The notes under the pieces: model-generated
What the model was told of the DNA's origin: nothing
Seen by the model: the letters and a program-made list of their open reading frames with translations, nothing else
Databases searched by the model: none
Assembly (NCBI GenBank): GCA_964016885.1
Contig: OZ024743.1
Coordinates: forward strand, 308,388,001 to 308,452,000
DNA length: 64,000 nucleotides
Source: Eledone cirrhosa
Lineage: Eukaryota
Direction of reading: 5' to 3'
Shown here: piece after piece, positions 61,101 through 64,000 of the stretch
How the letters are laid out: every line of letters starts with the position of its first letter
Position numbering within the stretch: position 1 is the stretch's first letter
Translations under genes and position numbers: made by a program

Positions 61101-64000
61101 TCTGAGAATGAGTATATAGTCCAGCACTAGCTTCCTACACTGTAAATAACAGTGGTAACAGTGTTGAGAAAGACTATATAGTCCAGCACTATCTTCCTAC
61201 ACTGTAAATAACAGTGGTAACAGTTCTGAGAATGAGTATATAGTCCAGCACTAGCTTCCTACACTGTAAATAACAGTGGTAACAGTTCTGAGAAAGACTT
61301 TATAGTCCAGCACTAGCTTCCTACACTGTAAATAACAGTGGTAACAGTTCTGAGAAGGACTTTATAGTCCAGCACTAGCTTCCTACACTGTAAATAACAG
61401 TGGTAACAGTTCTGAGAAAGACTATATAGTCCAACACTAGCTTCCTACACTGTAAATAACAATGGTAACAGTTCTGAGAAAGACTATATAGTCCAGCACT
61501 AGCTTCCTACACTGTAAATAACAGTGGTAACAGTTCTGAGAAAGACTATATAGTCCAGCACTAGCTTCCTACACTGTAAATAACAGTGGTAACAGTTCTG
61601 AGAAAGACTATATAGTCCAGCACTAGCTTCCTACACTGTAAATAACAATGGTAATAGTTCTGAGAAAGACTATATAGTCCAGCACTAGCTTCCTACACTG
61701 TAAATAACAATGGTAACAGTTCTGAGAAAGTCTATATAGTCCAGCACTAGCTTCCTACACTGTCAATAACAATGGTAACAGTTCTGAGAAAGACTATATA
61801 GTCCAGCACTTGCTTCCTACACTGTCAATAACAGTGGTAACAGATCTGAGAAGGACTATATAGTCCAGCACTAGCTTCCTACACTGTAAATAACAGTGGT
61901 ACCAGTTCTGAGAAGGACTTTATAGTCCAGCACTAGCTTCCTACACTGTAAATAACAGTGGTAACAGTTCTGAGAAGGACTATATAGTCCAGCACTAGCT
62001 TCCTACACTGTAAATAACAGTGGTACCAGTTCTGAGAAGGACTTTATAGTCCAGCACTAGCTTCCTACACTGTAAATAACAGTGGTAACAGTTCTGAGAA
62101 AGACTATATAGTCCAGCACTAGCTTCCTACACTGTAAATAACAGTGGTAACAGTTCTGAGAAAGACTATATAGTCCAGCACTAGCTTCCTACACTGTAAA
62201 AAACAGTGGTAACAGTTCTGAGAAAGACTATATAGTCCAGCACTAGCTTCCTACACTGAAAATAACAGTGGTAACAGTACTGAGAAAGACTATATAGTCC
62301 AGCACTAGCTTCCTACACTGTAAATAACAGTGGTAACAGTTCTGAGAAAGACTATATAGTCCAGCACTAGCTTCCTACACTGTAAATAACAGTGGTAACA
62401 GTTCTGAGAAAGACTTTATAGTCCAGCACTAGCTTCCTACACTGTGAATAACAGTGGTAACAGTTCTGAGAAAGACTATATAGTCCAGCACTAGCTTCCT
62501 ACACTGTAAATAACAGTGGTAACAGTTCTGAGAAAGACTATATAGTCCAGCACTAGCTTCCTACACTGTCAATAACAGTGGTAACAGTTCTGAGAAAGAC
62601 TTTATAGTCCAGCACTAGCTTCCTACACTGTGAATAACAGTGGTAACAGTTCTGAGAAAGACTATATAGTCCAGCACTAGCTTCCTACACTCTCAATAAC
62701 AGTGGTAACAGTTCTGAGAAAGACTTTATAGTCCAGCACTAGCTTCCTACACTGTAAATAACAGTGGTAACAGTTCTGAGAAAGACTATATAGTCCAGCA
62801 CTAGCTTCCTACACTGTAAATAACAGTGGTAACAGTTCTGAGAAAGACTATATAGTCCAGCACTAGCTTCCTACACTGTGAATAACAGTGGTAACAGTTC
62901 TGAGAAAGACTATATAGTCCAGCACTAGCTTCCTACACTGTCGATAACAGTGGTAACAGTTCTGAGAAAGACTTTATAGTCCAGCACTAGCTTCCTACAC
63001 TGTAAATAACAGTGGTAACAGTTCTGAGAAAGACTATATAGTCCAGCACTAGCTTCCTACACTGTAAATAACAGTGGTAACAGTTCTGAGAAAGACTATA
63101 TAGTCCAGCACTAGCTTCCTACACTGTGAATAACAGTGGTAACAGTTCTGAGACAGACTATATAGTCCAGCACTAGCTTCCTACACTGTAAATAACAGTG
63201 GTAACAGTTCTGAGAAAGACTATATAGTCCAGCACTAGCTTCGTACACTGTCAATAACAGTGGTAACACTTCTGAGAAAGACTTTATAGTCCAGCACTAG
63301 CTTCCTACACTGTGAATAACAGTGGTAACAGTTCTGAGAAAGACTTTATAGTCCAGCACTAGCCTCCTACACTGTAAATAACAGTGGTAACAGTTCTGAG
63401 AAGGACTGTATAGTCCAGCACTAGCTTCCTACACTGTAAATAACAGTGGTAACAGTTCTGAGAAAGACTATATAGTCCAGCACTAGCTTCCTACACTGTC
63501 AATAACATTGGTAACAGTTCTGAGAAAGACTTTATAGTCCAGCACTAGCTTCCTACACTGTGAATAACAGTGGTAACAGTTCTGAGAAAGACTTTATAGT
63601 CCAGCACTAGCTTCCTACACTGTAAATAACAGTGGTAACAGTTCTGAGAAAGACTATATAGTCCAGCACTAGCTTCCTACACTGTAAATAACAGTGGTAA
63701 CAGTTCTGAGAAAGACTATATAGTCCAGCACTAGCTTCCTACACTGTAAATAACAGTGGTAACAGTTCTGAGAAAGACTTTATAGTACAGCACTAGCTTC
63801 CTACACTGTAAATAACAGTGGTAACAGTTCTGAGAAAGACTATATAGTCCAGCACTAGCTTCCTACACTGTAAATAACAGTGGTAACAGTTCTGAGAAAG
63901 ACTATATAGTCCAGCACTAGCTTCCTACACTGTAAATAACAGTGGTAACAGTTCTGAGAAGGACTATATAGTCCAGCACTAGCTTCCTACACTGTAAATA
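40181..64000. repeat. 62-bp tandem satellite array (~384 copies, runs off the window)
   Basis: Consensus AACAGTGGTAACAGTTCTGAGAAAGACTATATAGTCCAGCACTAGCTTCCTACACTGTAAAT; usually 0-3 substitutions per unit; five 63-bp variant units noted. Confidence 0.99.

Noticed and set aside
40181-64000. CRISPR array
   Set aside because: There are no unique spacers (the whole 62-mer repeats), no cas genes, and the context is eukaryotic.
40181-64000. Hammerhead-containing satellite (CTGAGAAAGAC..GTC looks core-like)
   Set aside because: CUGA and GAAA overlap, no CUGANGA core or stem II is present, and stem III cannot pair in register; nothing similar on the minus strand.
40181-64000. Repetitive protein-coding region
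   Set aside because: The unit length is not a multiple of 3, stops are frequent, and no ORF is listed in the supplied track.

Overview
AT-rich, repeat-dense eukaryotic DNA. The repeat landscape (RTE LINEs with (GAT)n tails, tRNA-derived SINEs, abundant (TA)/(CA) microsatellites) suggests an invertebrate, plausibly an octopod cephalopod; this is an inference. The first ~40 kb looks intronic. It holds three phase-compatible minus-strand exons of an LRP11-like gene (MANSC C-terminal half plus Thr-rich linker, EB module, LDLa repeat), and the MANSC exon carries an in-frame TAG. Also present: a near full-length RTE LINE with a PHD-like zinc finger inside its RT domain, an inverted sister copy ~220 bp away, further RTE/CR1/Penelope fragments, a complete but decayed hAT (Charlie/Buster-type) transposon with TIRs and TSD, many TTAA-flanked piggyBac-like MITEs and several SINE families. 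Two long fold-back palindromes each carry a type I hammerhead ribozyme motif in both arms. From 40181 to the window end lies a very homogeneous 62-bp tandem array (~384 copies) with nested higher-order duplications and a monomer built from dyad motifs, including TTCTGAGAA. Family names come from motif recognition only, with no database search, and SINE/LINE fragment boundaries are approximate.
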